From NCBI GenBank assembly GCA_030593295.1, contig JAUVHO010000002.1:15379-79378 (forward strand): 64,000 nucleotides of DNA, read 5' to 3'. Source of the DNA: Methanomassiliicoccales archaeon (GTDB taxonomy: Archaea > Thermoplasmatota > Thermoplasmata > RBG-16-68-12 > SOIM01). Made by a program: the position numbers and the translations under genes. The notes under the pieces were generated by a model. That model ran no database searches. It was given only the letters and a program-made list of their open reading frames with translations, and was not told where the DNA came from. Below, piece after piece: positions 1-10,802 of the stretch. Each line of letters begins with the position of its first letter. The stretch's first letter is position 1.

Positions 1-5
1 AATAT

Positions 6-683
6 GTGATTGTGGCCGGACACTTCCTCATTTTCAACTGTGAAGAGAGCTTCGATTCGAGGGATGCCAGGGCAACCGTGAACGATGGTCTGCTTCAGAA
101 CTCCCGCCCATTCGAGGTCAGCGTCACCTCTCCTGTCAACCCTCAGGTCGAGATGTACATATGGCCGACGTCAATAGGTATCATCCTGCTGGGATTGGTC
201 GGATTGCTATACTGGAGAGCATCCAGGGGTTTCATGCTGGAGGACCTCTTTGTCATCGGAAAGGACGGAAAGCTCCGGGTCCACAAGACCACGCGAACTC
301 GGCCGGATAGAGACGAGGACCTGTTCTCTGGAATGTTGACAGTCATTCGAGATTTCACCGCAGACACCTTCAGGGAAGAAAAGGGCACCCTAAAGTCATT
401 CGAGCTGGAAGAGGATAAGAAGGTCATCATGGAGTCTGCAGAGGGCTTCTATGTTGCATTGATTTTCTCTGGAAAGGAACCCAGATGGGCAGCCAGGTCG
501 CTCGAAGCCTTTTCCCAGGACATGGAGACCATGTACGGTCCTTTGATCACAACTTGGTCTGGTGCCATGGACGAGCTGGGAGACCTTCCCGAGATGACTG
601 ATTATTTCATAAACAAGAGAAAATACAGCGTCGGGGATTGGCAACCAACTGAAGATGAACTACCGTTCGAAGAAGCTGACTAA
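6..683 (+). CDS. Hypothetical membrane-anchored protein. The 5' end is uncertain: it may be truncated by the window start, or it may begin at the internal ATG at 153 (MYIWPTSIG...).
   Basis: ORF track 6..683 begins with a GTG and is open to the window edge. One predicted TM helix (IGIILLGLVGLLYW) followed by a soluble domain. I recognise no family. Confidence 0.4.
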   Translation: MIVAGHFLIFNCEESFDSRDARATVNDGLLQNSRPFEVSVTSPVNPQVEMYIWPTSIGIILLGLVGLLYWRASRGFMLEDLFVIGKDGKLRVHKTTRTRPDRDEDLFSGMLTVIRDFTADTFREEKGTLKSFELEEDKKVIMESAEGFYVALIFSGKEPRWAARSLEAFSQDMETMYGPLITTWSGAMDELGDLPEMTDYFINKRKYSVGDWQPTEDELPFEEAD

Positions 684-1309
684 GCGGACTGGGACTTTTT
701 CAGCATTTTCAACCTGAAGATATTCTCCCTTTCCAGCTCTTCAAGTCTCAACCTGATGAACGCCTCTGCTGATTTCAGGTCCGGTATGATCTTGAATTCC
801 AGAGCATTGACCCTTCGCTTGGTCTTCTCTATCTCGTCTAGGAGCTTTCTCATCGTGGTCTCGGCCTCAGCGGCGATTATGATGTCCTCCACCAGGTCCT
901 CATACGCCTCTGCCGCCTCATCTATACGTGCTGATGATTCGATTATCCCGTAGCCCCTCTCGTCCAGCCTTTTCCTGACGCTCTTGGCCTTTATCTGCGG
1001 GACAACGATTCCCATGACATTCTTGGTGGTCAGTTCCATGGACGGCACTTCAATGAGTGCCAACGCCGCCGACTTGACTCCCACCGCACCCTCGATCGCT
1101 TCCGCGACCGCGATCTTCTGTCTGGCAATCTTGTATTTTTCGGTGATCTGCCCTCGAATCTCCTTTGCCTTGTCCAGAACCTGGAAGAACTCCATGATCA
1201 AGCTGTCCCTCTTCATCCTCAGCAGCTTGTAGCCTCTCTCGGATAGCTTGATCCTTTTCCTGAGTTCCAGGAGTTCGGATCTTGTGGGTTTGAACTCTCT
1301 CAATGCCAA
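680..1309 (-). CDS. atpD: A-type (A1A0/V-type) ATP synthase subunit D
   Basis: 209 aa, N-terminus MALREFKPTRSELLELRKRIKLSERGYKLL is typical of subunit D; last gene of the ATPase operon. Confidence 0.9.
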   Translation of the reverse strand: MALREFKPTRSELLELRKRIKLSERGYKLLRMKRDSLIMEFFQVLDKAKEIRGQITEKYKIARQKIAVAEAIEGAVGVKSAALALIEVPSMELTTKNVMGIVVPQIKAKSVRKRLDERGYGIIESSARIDEAAEAYEDLVEDIIIAAEAETTMRKLLDEIEKTKRRVNALEFKIIPDLKSAEAFIRLRLEELERENIFRLKMLKKSQSA

Positions 1310-2692
1310 TTATCCACTCTTCCTGTGCGCCGGGTGATACTTCTCTATGGTCTCTCTATCGATCTTGGTCAGCATGCTCTCGTCAACTTTGCTCAGCAAG
1401 TCCCAGGTGATCTCCAGGGTCTTCTCAATATCTCTGTCCTCTTCTCTGCCTTGTCGCACGAACTCGTCCTCAAAGACATCCGCGAAGTCGAGGAGCTTTC
1501 TGTCCCTCTCCGTCAGGGCCTCCTTGCCAACGATTGCCACCAGGCCTCTGAGGTCCCTTCCTTCCGCGTAGGCAGCGTAACTCTGATCAGATACCTGCTT
1601 GTGGTCCTCTCTGGTCTGGCCCGGTCCTATGCCGGCGTCCATCAGTCTCGACAGAGATGGGGACACGTCCAGAGGCGGATAGATACCCTTCCTGTGCAGC
1701 TCCCTGGAAACGACCAACTGACCTTCCGTGATGTACGCGCTGAGATCTGGTATGGGGTGTGTTATGTCATCATCCGGCATGGAAAGGATTGGGATCTGGG
1801 TGATCGAACCCTTCTTGCCTTTGATCCTCCCCGCTCTCTCATACATCGTGGCCAGATCGGTGTACATATAACCGGGATATCCTCGTCTTCCAGGAACCTC
1901 TTCTCTTGCCGCTCCGATCTGTCTCAACGCTTCGCAGTAGTTCGTGAGGTCGGTCAGGATGACCAGTATGTGATAATCATGCTCGAAAGCTAGGTATTCG
2001 GCCGCCGTCAATGCCATTCTCGGCGTGATCAATCGCTCGACCGCTGGATCGTCGGCGAGGTTCAGGAACAGAACAGCTCTCTTGAGCGCCCCTGTCCGCT
2101 CGAAGTCCCTCATGAATATCTGTGCTTCCTCGTGCGTGATTCCCATTGCTGCAAAGACCACCGCGAAAGCCTCTTCCTTCCCCGGAACCTTCGCCTGTCT
2201 TGCGATCTGAAGGGCGATCTCGTTGTGTGGCAGGCCAGAACCGGAGAAAATCGGCAGTTTCTGACCCCTGACCAGTGTGTTCATACCATCGATGGTCGAA
2301 ATGCCAGTTTGGATGAATTCCTTGGGCGAGTCCCTGGCGTAGGGATTAATCGCAGCGCCACCGATCTCGAGTCTCTGCTCTGGAATGACCGGCGGACCTC
2401 CGTCCAACGGATTGCCACTGCCGGAGAGGATTCTTCCCAGCATGTCCTTTGACACGTTCAGCTTGGCGGTCTCTCCTAGGAACTTGACGCTGGATGCCTT
2501 GTCGATGCCCGCGGTGCCTTCGAAGATCTGAATCACGACCAGGTCCTTGGAAGTGTCCAGAACCTGTCCTCTCTTCGTTGAACCATCCGGTAAGCCGACT
2601 TCCACCAGTTCTCCATACCCAACCCATTCGGTCTTCTCCACGAAGACCAGCGGACCGGCGATCTCGGTTATCGTCCTGTATTCCTTGCTCAT
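1310..2692 (-). CDS. atpB: A-type ATP synthase subunit B (regulatory)
   Basis: 460 aa, clear A/V-ATPase B-subunit sequence ([22 protein letters not shown]...); directly abuts atpA and atpD. Confidence 0.95.
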   Translation of the reverse strand: MSKEYRTITEIAGPLVFVEKTEWVGYGELVEVGLPDGSTKRGQVLDTSKDLVVIQIFEGTAGIDKASSVKFLGETAKLNVSKDMLGRILSGSGNPLDGGPPVIPEQRLEIGGAAINPYARDSPKEFIQTGISTIDGMNTLVRGQKLPIFSGSGLPHNEIALQIARQAKVPGKEEAFAVVFAAMGITHEEAQIFMRDFERTGALKRAVLFLNLADDPAVERLITPRMALTAAEYLAFEHDYHILVILTDLTNYCEALRQIGAAREEVPGRRGYPGYMYTDLATMYERAGRIKGKKGSITQIPILSMPDDDITHPIPDLSAYITEGQLVVSRELHRKGIYPPLDVSPSLSRLMDAGIGPGQTREDHKQVSDQSYAAYAEGRDLRGLVAIVGKEALTERDRKLLDFADVFEDEFVRQGREEDRDIEKTLEITWDLLSKVDESMLTKIDRETIEKYHPAHRKSG

Positions 2693-4464
2693 GAGGTCAC
2701 CTCCAGGTCCCGGAATTCCTTTTCCATCAGTTCACTGACCGCCTTGAGCTTTCCATCGAAGTCCTCCTCGAACTTCAGCTTTGCCAGTCCATCCCTCGAT
2801 TTGAGATATGCAATGTCCTTTACCGGAACCTCCAGTGCCAAAGCCTTCTCCGCAAGGTCCGAGTACTTCTTTATCTGGTTAAGGAGGAGGAACTGTTTGT
2901 TCAACTCGCAGAAGGTGTCCACCTTGTGGAACGCGTTCTGCTGAAGGACGAATTCTCTTATCATCCTGGCAATCTCCAATGTGAGTTGCTGTTGTTCGGG
3001 CAGCGCATCGGAACCAACCAGCTGGACAATCTCCTGCAGTTCCGCTTCGGTCTGCAGTGTCGCCATCGACCATTCCCTGAGTGACGACCAACCCGGATTA
3101 ACCTCCCTGTCGAACCAATCCTTCACTATCTGGTTGTAGAGGCTGTAGGACGTGAGCCAGTTGATCGCCGGGAAATGTCTTCTTTCCCTCAGCTTTGTGT
3201 CCAGAGCCCAGAAGACCTTCACGATACGCAGTGTCCCTTGTGTGACCGGTTCTGAGAAGTCTCCCCCGGGAGGTGAGACCGCACCAACGACCGATACTGA
3301 TCCTTCCTTTCCACTGAGGGTTGAGACGCGACCAGCCCTCTCGTAGAACTCCGAGAGCTTTGACGAAAGGTAAGCTGGATATCCTTCCTCTCCAGGCATC
3401 TCTTCCAGTCTTGAGGATATCTCTCTCATTGCCTCCGCCCATCTGCTGGTACTGTCCGCCATCAGGGAGACGTCGTAGCCCATGTCCCTGTAGTATTCTG
3501 CAATCGTGATTCCGGTGTATACGGATGCCTCCCTGGCAGCGACCGGCATGTTGCTGGTGTTGGCGATTAGCACAGTCCTTTCCATCAGCGGAGCTCCGGT
3601 TCTGGGATCCTCCAGTTTGGGGAAATCGGACAGAACCTCGGTCATCTCGTTCCCCCTCTCTCCGCAGCCGATGTACACGACGATCTCGGAGTCGCACCAC
3701 TTCGCCAGCTGATGTTCAGTGACCGTCTTTCCGGTGCCGAAACCGCCGGGGATGGCAGCAGTCCCACCTTTGGCCAGCGGGAAGAACATGTCCAGGACTC
3801 TCTGACCCGTGATCAATGGTATATCCGGCATGAGCTTGTCCTTGCTCGGCCTCGGGAACCTCACCGGCCACTTCTGCATCAGGGCTATTTTGGAGCCGTT
3901 GTCGAGCGTGCAGACCGTGTCCTCCACGGTGTACTCGCCTTCCTGTATGCTTGAGATCTTCCCACTTATTCTCGGTGGGACCATTATCCTGTGCTCCACG
4001 TTCTTTGCCTCTTGCACGGTTCCTATGATCTGACCGCCTGTGACATCTTCGCCTACGCTTGCCGTGGGAACGAACTTCCATCTCTTCGTCCTGTCAAGCC
4101 CGGGAGCGGAGACTCCTCTCCTGATGTACTCTCCCATTTGCTCAACCAATACGGGAAGGGGCCTCTGAACGCCATCGTAGATACTGCCCAGCAACCCAGG
4201 TCCGAGCTCTACCACCAGGGGCAAGCCAGTGTCTATGACCTTCTCACCTGGCCTGATGCCGCTCGTGTCCTCGTACACCTGGACGATCGTCTTATCCCCC
4301 ACGATCTTTATGACCTCTCCCATCAATTGCTCTTCACCCACCTGGACAACGTCGTACATCTTAGGAGCAATGCCTGTGGCTGTTACGACGGGTCCCGCGA
4401 CCCGGTATATCTCACCACGGTGTCCCAATGCAGACGATTCCGGTTCCTCGGTTCTCATTTCCAC
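2689..4464 (-). CDS. atpA: A-type ATP synthase subunit A (catalytic)
   Basis: 591 aa; P-loop GGFGTGKT; characteristic non-homologous region; no intein at this length. Confidence 0.95.
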   Translation of the reverse strand: MEMRTEEPESSALGHRGEIYRVAGPVVTATGIAPKMYDVVQVGEEQLMGEVIKIVGDKTIVQVYEDTSGIRPGEKVIDTGLPLVVELGPGLLGSIYDGVQRPLPVLVEQMGEYIRRGVSAPGLDRTKRWKFVPTASVGEDVTGGQIIGTVQEAKNVEHRIMVPPRISGKISSIQEGEYTVEDTVCTLDNGSKIALMQKWPVRFPRPSKDKLMPDIPLITGQRVLDMFFPLAKGGTAAIPGGFGTGKTVTEHQLAKWCDSEIVVYIGCGERGNEMTEVLSDFPKLEDPRTGAPLMERTVLIANTSNMPVAAREASVYTGITIAEYYRDMGYDVSLMADSTSRWAEAMREISSRLEEMPGEEGYPAYLSSKLSEFYERAGRVSTLSGKEGSVSVVGAVSPPGGDFSEPVTQGTLRIVKVFWALDTKLRERRHFPAINWLTSYSLYNQIVKDWFDREVNPGWSSLREWSMATLQTEAELQEIVQLVGSDALPEQQQLTLEIARMIREFVLQQNAFHKVDTFCELNKQFLLLNQIKKYSDLAEKALALEVPVKDIAYLKSRDGLAKLKFEEDFDGKLKAVSELMEKEFRDLEVTS

Positions 4465-4473
4465 TATACCACC

Positions 4474-4776
4474 TCATCCAGTTTGATACAAATCAACGCC
4501 AATTGCCCTCTTGACCTTGCTTCTAAGGTCCTCTTCTTCCTCTTCACCCACGGATATGACCACGGGCTTGGGGCTATCCACCAATTTTGCCTTGAAAACA
4601 GCTGGAACTTTGGCCAGGGAGCTTGAATGGACTATCAATACGCCGATCCTTTCGTCCTCCATGACCTCGGTGATCTTTGCCTCCAGGTCCTCATCGGGAA
4701 CCGCGTAGGTCCTTCTGATGCCAACGAGCTTGAAGCCCAACACGAATTCCTCATCACCGACTGCAGCCAGTTCCAA
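4474..4776 (-). CDS. atpF: A-type ATP synthase subunit F
   Basis: 100 aa, sits between atpC and atpA in the canonical archaeal order; sequence of the MELAAVGDEEFVLGFKLVGI type. Confidence 0.8.
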   Translation of the reverse strand: MELAAVGDEEFVLGFKLVGIRRTYAVPDEDLEAKITEVMEDERIGVLIVHSSSLAKVPAVFKAKLVDSPKPVVISVGEEEEEDLRSKVKRAIGVDLYQTG

Positions 4777-4777
4777 C

Positions 4778-5872
4778 TTAGACCACCAACATCTCCTTCA
4801 TCATATCGTTGCTCAATCCAGCCTGCTTTCCTCTAGCGATTATCCTGATATTCTCAACCTCTCTCTCCTTACGGGAGAAATAATCCAACACGGGCAGTAT
4901 TGAGAGAGGATGAATGTGCGAATACTTGGTCGCACGTCTAATCAACGACTTCTCGAGCGCCCTCATCACATCGCCCAGTCCCTTCTTCTCGATGTCCTTC
5001 AGAAGGGGTGAGACGACCGCTTGGAAGGAGGTTCCCTTCAACCTAGCCTCCAGTCGCTCAATGGGCAGTCCTATCATCTCGTTCATGTCCGCCGCCGGTA
5101 TCTCGAGCCCACCCTTCACGAAGACCTCATCTTCGATTTCGAACTGAATGTACCTTACCCTGAGTGAAGTCTTCATGTTGAGGGTATCGATCTCTCTCTG
5201 GATGTGCCTTCTGAAGCGCATATTGGGCTCGGTCGTCGGGGGGATGACCTCCAGCAGATACGAGTAGTACTTGTGGGTCAATGCATCTTCGAAGGGGGCC
5301 ATGCTACCCGACGCTTCCACCTTGTCCTCGACCTCCTTCAGGGATTCCCAGAAGATGGTCCCTTCAAGGCCGTCGATTATCTCATCTATGGTCTCCAGTT
5401 CCAGAAGGCTCTCCAAGAACTCCGTTCTGAATGACCCTGCCGGTACTATGGTCTCCCAGATCTCCTCGTTGGTAGAGCCGGAGAACTTCCCCCTCAGTAT
5501 GCTCTTGATGTTCCACACGTCCCATCGGTCGAGATATCTTGAGATCATGGTCCTCAGATGCCCTTCAGAGAACTCATATATCTGTGTGAAGACCTTCGCC
5601 AGGTTGTTTCTCGTTGCCATCTCTATCAGGTCCACTCCCGAGAGCTTCACACCCAGGTTCAGGATCTCCTCGGCGTACTGTCCTTCACCTATCGACCTCG
5701 CTATCTGGGGGATGTCCATCTGCAGGTACCTCTTGTACACATCCGGACTCAAAAGCCATTTCTTCTTGGCCTTCACTCTGGCGCAGACGTAGGGATAGTT
5801 CCCACTCTCGAATGGTAGTGCCGATCGCACTTTCTCTCTCACATCCTTGAGAGTCTTCATCCTCCGCCCCAC
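4778..5872 (-). CDS. atpC: A-type ATP synthase subunit C
   Basis: 364 aa, operon position between E and F; size and helical composition fit the subunit C (d) family. Confidence 0.8.
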   Translation of the reverse strand: MGRRMKTLKDVREKVRSALPFESGNYPYVCARVKAKKKWLLSPDVYKRYLQMDIPQIARSIGEGQYAEEILNLGVKLSGVDLIEMATRNNLAKVFTQIYEFSEGHLRTMISRYLDRWDVWNIKSILRGKFSGSTNEEIWETIVPAGSFRTEFLESLLELETIDEIIDGLEGTIFWESLKEVEDKVEASGSMAPFEDALTHKYYSYLLEVIPPTTEPNMRFRRHIQREIDTLNMKTSLRVRYIQFEIEDEVFVKGGLEIPAADMNEMIGLPIERLEARLKGTSFQAVVSPLLKDIEKKGLGDVMRALEKSLIRRATKYSHIHPLSILPVLDYFSRKEREVENIRIIARGKQAGLSNDMMKEMLVV

Positions 5873-6414
5873 AAGAGGTCAGAGACTTCCTTTATCGAGT
5901 CGTCCCAGATCTCCCTGAGAGCTGTTTCATATCTGAGATCGATCCGCATCTGGCCGTCCTGACTCTCGATTATGAGCCCACCGATGCAGTCCGTCGTCCC
6001 GGCGAAGCTTCCGCCCACCAGCCCTTTCACAAGACCGGAGTCCTTCTCGTTGCAGAACACCTTTCCAGAACTGATATCCGTTTGGTTCTGTCTCACCATG
6101 GACCTGAGAATGTTCTCGTTCTGCGGGAGATTCCCGAGCCTGTCAAGAGCTCTCTGGTAGACGGCGTCGAGCATGTCCTTCTGACTGCCCAGCACTATCT
6201 TCTTGGATTCAAGCTCCGTTCTGGCGATCTCTTGCGTGTTCATTCTCTCTACGAGTTTCTTGGACTCTTCCATCTTGGAGTCGAGAAGCAACTGCCCTTC
6301 GGCCTGGGCCTCCTTGACCTGCTTCCCTTTCTCCTGCTGGCCCTGCTCGATGATCCGCCGAGCTTCCTCTTTCCCCGTGTTGAGGATACTCTCTATCACT
6401 TTGTCCAGTGACAT
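5857..6414 (-). CDS. atpE: A-type ATP synthase subunit E
   Basis: 185 aa, charged coiled-coil N-terminus, operon position after the proteolipid gene. Confidence 0.75.
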   Translation of the reverse strand: MSLDKVIESILNTGKEEARRIIEQGQQEKGKQVKEAQAEGQLLLDSKMEESKKLVERMNTQEIARTELESKKIVLGSQKDMLDAVYQRALDRLGNLPQNENILRSMVRQNQTDISSGKVFCNEKDSGLVKGLVGGSFAGTTDCIGGLIIESQDGQMRIDLRYETALREIWDDSIKEVSDLLWGGG

Positions 6415-6430
6415 GGGTCTGTCGCCTTGT

Positions 6431-6661
6431 TTATCCGATTTTGCCCAACATCATAAACGCAATGACAAGCCCGAAAATGACAATAGTCTCTGGTAGAACC
6501 ATGAAGACTATACCCTTTCCGAACAACGATTCGTTCTCTGCCATTGCGCCCACAGCCGCTGCTCCGACGACCTTCTCAGCCCATGCCGTAGCGAAGGCGC
6601 AACCGACCATAGCTATCGCAGCTGCCAATGCTATTAGGCCATCACCTATTTCTCCTGCCAT
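6431..6661 (-). CDS. atpK: A-type ATP synthase proteolipid subunit K (c), single hairpin
   Basis: 76 aa, two hydrophobic helices, Ala/Gly-rich (AAAIAMVGCAFATAWAEKVVGAAAVGA), between I and E. Confidence 0.8.
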   Translation of the reverse strand: MAGEIGDGLIALAAAIAMVGCAFATAWAEKVVGAAAVGAMAENESLFGKGIVFMVLPETIVIFGLVIAFMMLGKIG

Positions 6662-6663
6662 TC

Positions 6664-8616
6664 TTATACCTCCTTAGACATTGCTCCCGGTTCTCCAAAG
6701 GGTCTGAATCTCTGTCCATTCCCCTCGTAGAACTTGAGGAAGAATTCTACATAGTTCAATCTGAGTGCCTGAATACCCGCGGACAACGCCCCCAGGACGA
6801 ATATCACGAAGTGAGACAGTATCAGGAAGATACCGCCTATGATCAGCCCTTCCATGGCCCCACTGGTTGCCCATGGTACGAGCATTTCATTGAACGCGCT
6901 CGCCATTGCACCCTTCGCCACTGCCACACCTGCCAGCCTTGCGTATGAGAACATGTTCGCCAGGAGACCGATTATCTCTATCAAACCCATGGGTTCGCCG
7001 ATTCCCACGAGAACAGCCCCGATTGTCAATAGGATGATGCTCACATACGAGATCATCCATCCGCCGAAATCCATTCCAAATCCGGCTGGAAATGCAATGT
7101 CCAGCCCTATGGTCTGGCCTATCCAGTGCGGGAGGTCCACTACGAACACGGCCACTTGTGGCGGATAAGGTCTGTTGTAAGCCGTAACCATGATCAGGAT
7201 GAAGAAGGCGAAGAGGATCATCATCCATCCAACCTTGGCCAGGGCATGTTTCTTCTTCCCCTTCTTGAACTCGTTTATGAAACCGAATACGTATCCTATC
7301 CCCAGGTGGACGAGAGCAGCTATCAGAGAGACAATTATGAGGTCCATCACATCATCGAGCTTGTGGAAGAGCGGGAACTTCAGAGTCAGGAAACCTATCT
7401 CAACCTCCAGATGTTCCCAAATAGGGAACCCGAAGGCGTCCCCGAACACGAACAGACCGAAGAACACTGAGAACACACCACCCCAGAACATGACCAACAT
7501 CAGATTCCTGAAATCTGGCATGCTCTTCAGTTTCGCCTGCATGATATAGGCGGTGACCATCATAGCTATTCCGTATCCTATGTCACCGATCATGAAGCCG
7601 AAGAAAAGCGGGAAGACGAAGAACAGAATCGGTGTGGGATCCAGCTCAGTGCTCTTGGGGGTAGAGAACATGTGAACGAAAAATTCGGCCCGGCTAGCGG
7701 GTTCTGGATTGTCCAGGAGGACAGGCGATTCCTCCTCTTCCTTTTCTATCTCTTCGATGTAGAGTGTGCCCATCTTGGACAGGGAGGACTTGACCTCCTC
7801 GGCTCGTTCCTTGGGAATCCATCCATCAACGGCGAACGAGTGTTCTGTGGATGCGAATCTCAAAGGAGCTTCGGCCTTCTCCACCTGAACTGTAAGGAAA
7901 TCCTCGGCCGACAGGACGAAATGTGCATGTTTCTCCTTGAGTTTCTCCAACGTATCCTGTGTCTGCTCCAGTCTCTTCTTGAGGTTCTTCTTCTCGGTCT
8001 CAAGGTCCTTGGTCACCTTCAACGGTAGTCCGTCTCCCTCTGGAACCTCGACAGCCACGAAACCGCGGTCATTCAGGAATGTCTGTACCTCCGAAGCCTT
8101 CTTCTCAGATACAAAAAGGGCAATGAACTTCTCATGCTGGTAGACCTCGAAATCTGGGTCGACCTTTGTCAACCCTTCCAGGGATTTGGATGTCCGACCG
8201 ACAAAGACATGCAGGTTCTCATAACCTCTGTACAACCCGAGTGGAAGTGGAATATGTGAGAATGGCTCCAGAGTCCTCAATCGAATGTCTATGTTGCTCA
8301 ATCTGGACTCTATTTGCTTCCTGGCATTGTCCTCATCGGATATCTGCAGTTCGAGGCTCGTGATCTTGCCCTCTATCTCCCCCGTGACAGGCCCCCCCTT
8401 CCTTGCCTGCGATTCATCCAGTTCCAGTACCGAACAGATGGATCGAAGCTTGATCAGACTGGTGGATGCCGAGGATGCCTTCTCCAAGGGCTTCCCGATC
8501 TTGAAGGTCTCATCTTCTTCGACAAAATCCAGAAGGTGCAGGGTCTCCAGAGAATAAAGGACCTCTATTGTAGGTTCAAGGTCCTTCTTGGGACCCACAA
8601 TAAGAATCCTAGACAT
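6664..8616 (-). CDS. atpI: A-type ATP synthase subunit I (a-subunit)
   Basis: 650 aa; soluble coiled-coil N-terminal half and multi-TM C-terminal half, typical of subunit I. Confidence 0.85.
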   Translation of the reverse strand: MSRILIVGPKKDLEPTIEVLYSLETLHLLDFVEEDETFKIGKPLEKASSASTSLIKLRSICSVLELDESQARKGGPVTGEIEGKITSLELQISDEDNARKQIESRLSNIDIRLRTLEPFSHIPLPLGLYRGYENLHVFVGRTSKSLEGLTKVDPDFEVYQHEKFIALFVSEKKASEVQTFLNDRGFVAVEVPEGDGLPLKVTKDLETEKKNLKKRLEQTQDTLEKLKEKHAHFVLSAEDFLTVQVEKAEAPLRFASTEHSFAVDGWIPKERAEEVKSSLSKMGTLYIEEIEKEEEESPVLLDNPEPASRAEFFVHMFSTPKSTELDPTPILFFVFPLFFGFMIGDIGYGIAMMVTAYIMQAKLKSMPDFRNLMLVMFWGGVFSVFFGLFVFGDAFGFPIWEHLEVEIGFLTLKFPLFHKLDDVMDLIIVSLIAALVHLGIGYVFGFINEFKKGKKKHALAKVGWMMILFAFFILIMVTAYNRPYPPQVAVFVVDLPHWIGQTIGLDIAFPAGFGMDFGGWMISYVSIILLTIGAVLVGIGEPMGLIEIIGLLANMFSYARLAGVAVAKGAMASAFNEMLVPWATSGAMEGLIIGGIFLILSHFVIFVLGALSAGIQALRLNYVEFFLKFYEGNGQRFRPFGEPGAMSKEV

Positions 8617-8965
8617 CTGTTTCGGACGGAACAGCTACGACCCCCTCCTCGAAGCGTTTCAGCAACAATGAGACCGCCGGATCGATTTTCGCCTCTCCCT
8701 TCTGTTTAATGACCGCGGCCTCCTGCCTCCCTTGCTCTAGAATAGTAGCAGTCTTGACCTCGATCTCCTTCTTTCCTGCGTCCAATCGTCCTCTAAGTGT
8801 TTCATCTGCCTTACGCCTGGATTCATCCTGAATCCGGAGTACTTCCTTCTTGGCTTCCTTCAAAATCCTCTCTTTCTCGTCCGTTGCCCTCTTCTTCATC
8901 TCCTGGACTTCCGCCTCCGCCTCTTTAACCTTGACTAATGCCTCACCCTTCCTCATGGAACCCAT
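8609..8965 (-). CDS. atpH: A-type ATP synthase subunit H
   Basis: 118 aa, Lys/Glu-rich coiled coil, first gene of the operon, overlaps atpI by 8 nt. Confidence 0.6.
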   Translation of the reverse strand: MGSMRKGEALVKVKEAEAEVQEMKKRATDEKERILKEAKKEVLRIQDESRRKADETLRGRLDAGKKEIEVKTATILEQGRQEAAVIKQKGEAKIDPAVSLLLKRFEEGVVAVPSETDV

Positions 8966-9124
8966 TGGGTAAATGAAATAATCGACTTAAAGGTTTCGTG
9001 GAATGGCGTCTTGAGGATTCCACAGCCAGATACTCCGAGCAATCCTCCATGTATAAGCCCCATCTCCCTTTTCGACAAAGACACCATACCGAGGTTGGAT
9101 TATCGAAAAAAAGGACTCCCATTC

Positions 9125-9931
9125 CTACTCGGGGGGCGCTATGCCAAGCCCCAATCCTATCGTCCCCAGCAGGTCTTCGAACGTCGGGTTCTTTGGTGTT
9201 ATCATCACCCCGATACCTTCCTCTTCCAGCCGTTTTTTCGTGGAGCGATTCATGGCCGCGACTATCTTGTCGTTCAGTATGTCCGCTACCTTGTCTCTTA
9301 CCCCGAGTTCGTTGGCAATCTCCAGGAAATGGGTCACCGTTCGGGCGCTGGTGAAGGCAAAGATGTCGATATCCCTTCGAATGGCCATCTGAATGAGCTT
9401 CTTGGGCTCGGACAGGTCTTCGGGAAGTTCGATCGTATATAGGGGCAGAACACGGACCTCCACTCCCATGTCTATCAATCTCTCCGCCAGCATCTTCGAT
9501 CCCTTCGAGCTTGTCAGGATCTCCACTCTCTTCCCGACCAGATTATATTGGCTGGAAAGGTAGCTGATCAGCCCTTTGATTGTCACAACCTCAGGAACAT
9601 CCGAAGGTTCCAAACCTACCTTCTTGAGAGATTCCGCGGTCTGGTCCCCAACGGCAATCACATGACAATGACCCAGCTGGCTTAGGAAACGGTCCTTCGG
9701 AACATACGCATCCGCGTTCTCGATCGCAAACCTGATCACATTCTCGCTCATGACCAGGCAGATGTAGATAGAACGGTTCGATAGTGCAACCAGAAAACTC
9801 CGGAACTCATTGCTCGAGATCTTCTTCATCTCAATCATCGGTGCCCCAACTGGATCGAAGCCCAGTCCTCTGGCAAACTCCATCGACTCTGGAAGCGATT
9901 CTATTGGGCGCATCAAAGCGATTCGATTCAA
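9125..9931 (-). CDS. hemD: Uroporphyrinogen-III synthase
   Basis: 268 aa with the two-lobe HemD-like pattern (FTSARTV, repeated alpha/beta halves). Family call from sequence resemblance only. Confidence 0.6.
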   Translation of the reverse strand: MNRIALMRPIESLPESMEFARGLGFDPVGAPMIEMKKISSNEFRSFLVALSNRSIYICLVMSENVIRFAIENADAYVPKDRFLSQLGHCHVIAVGDQTAESLKKVGLEPSDVPEVVTIKGLISYLSSQYNLVGKRVEILTSSKGSKMLAERLIDMGVEVRVLPLYTIELPEDLSEPKKLIQMAIRRDIDIFAFTSARTVTHFLEIANELGVRDKVADILNDKIVAAMNRSTKKRLEEEGIGVMITPKNPTFEDLLGTIGLGLGIAPPE

Positions 9932-10163
9932 GCTTCCTCACCCGTGCCTTATCTCCGAAACCCATTCTTTCAGAATGCTCTCGTCTATTTCTATGTCTAC
10001 GGTTATGTGGAAGGGGGTATTTGCCCTTTTCTCACGTTCAGTACTAGTGAAATATGAACGAAAGAACAGAGACATCGTCATATCCGTGTGTTTCGACAAG
10101 ACATATGCATTTCGTCCCCTAAGGTTACGATATCAGAGAGAAATCCAACGAAAACCGTTAAGT

Positions 10164-10173
10164 ATTAATAAGT
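10164..10173 (+). promoter_or_regulatory. Putative archaeal TATA box (tattaataag) about 25 nt upstream of the lrp start, in a divergent intergenic region shared with hemD
   Basis: AT-rich octamer at the expected distance from the ATG at 10197; the short spacing suggests a leaderless transcript. Confidence 0.25.
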
Positions 10174-10196
10174 ATGCGACGATTCGTTTATTGGTT

Positions 10197-10724
10197 ATGA
10201 ACATGAGGGCTAGTTCCACTAAGAAAGACATTCCCTCGGAATTGGCAACAAGATGGGAAGGGTTGGACCTCAAGCTTTTGCCCATAGACAGGATAGACAT
10301 CCAGATCCTTTCCATGCTGAGGCTGAACTCCAGGGCCGCAAATATCGAAATCGCGAGAGATCTGGAGATAAGTGAGGCAACTGTGAGGAGGAGGATAAAG
10401 AACCTCGAGGGGAAAGGGATCATCAAGGGATACAGTACGTACATCGATTACCAGCTAATAGAGAATCCAGTCAAGGCATACGTCCACCTTGGCGTGTCCA
10501 GCGAGACCAGGGATGACGTCGTGAAGAAGATAGTTGCGCATAACAGAGCGGTTGCAGTGTATCGCGTGACCGGTGACTTCGAGATTCTCTGCGTGATGCT
10601 CTTCGTTGATATGTCGGAGATGCAGACATTCATCGATTCCTACCTGAAGATGGACGGAATCACCAAAGTCCTTACCCAGATTGTGATGAGTCCCTACAAG
10701 GGAGTTCCCTGGACAGGAGTCTGA
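10197..10724 (+). CDS. Lrp/AsnC family transcriptional regulator
   Basis: HTH plus RAM domain sequence (LDRIDIQILSMLRLNSRAANIEIARDLEISEATVRRRIKNLEGKGIIKGY...). The track ORF starts at 9810, but that extension overlaps hemD on the opposite strand, so the in-frame ATG at 10197 (MNMRASS...) is the plausible start. Confidence 0.8.
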   Translation: MNMRASSTKKDIPSELATRWEGLDLKLLPIDRIDIQILSMLRLNSRAANIEIARDLEISEATVRRRIKNLEGKGIIKGYSTYIDYQLIENPVKAYVHLGVSSETRDDVVKKIVAHNRAVAVYRVTGDFEILCVMLFVDMSEMQTFIDSYLKMDGITKVLTQIVMSPYKGVPWTGV

Positions 10725-10802
10725 GCACACCTTACATCAGGCCAAGTGGGGACAAGAGGGAGGCAGAAAGGCGTATCGGCACCTTCGTACGGATGTTTGA
10801 AA

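Noticed and set aside
1325-1993. Long antisense ORFs inside atpB/atpA, and similarly elsewhere (3098..3700, 24080..24673, 41445..41921 and others)
   Set aside because: They lie entirely inside strongly supported genes on the opposite strand and have low-complexity, Arg/Ser-rich composition typical of GC-rich antisense frames. I treated them as spurious.
2689-4464. Possible intein in atpA, as seen in Thermoplasma and some other archaea
   Set aside because: 591 aa is the normal size for an intein-free A subunit, and the P-loop region is contiguous.
9810-10196. 5' extension of the Lrp/AsnC ORF giving a 304-aa protein
   Set aside because: The extension overlaps hemD on the other strand and has no regulator-like sequence. 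An in-frame ATG at 10197 preceded by a TATA-like box gives a normal-length Lrp protein.
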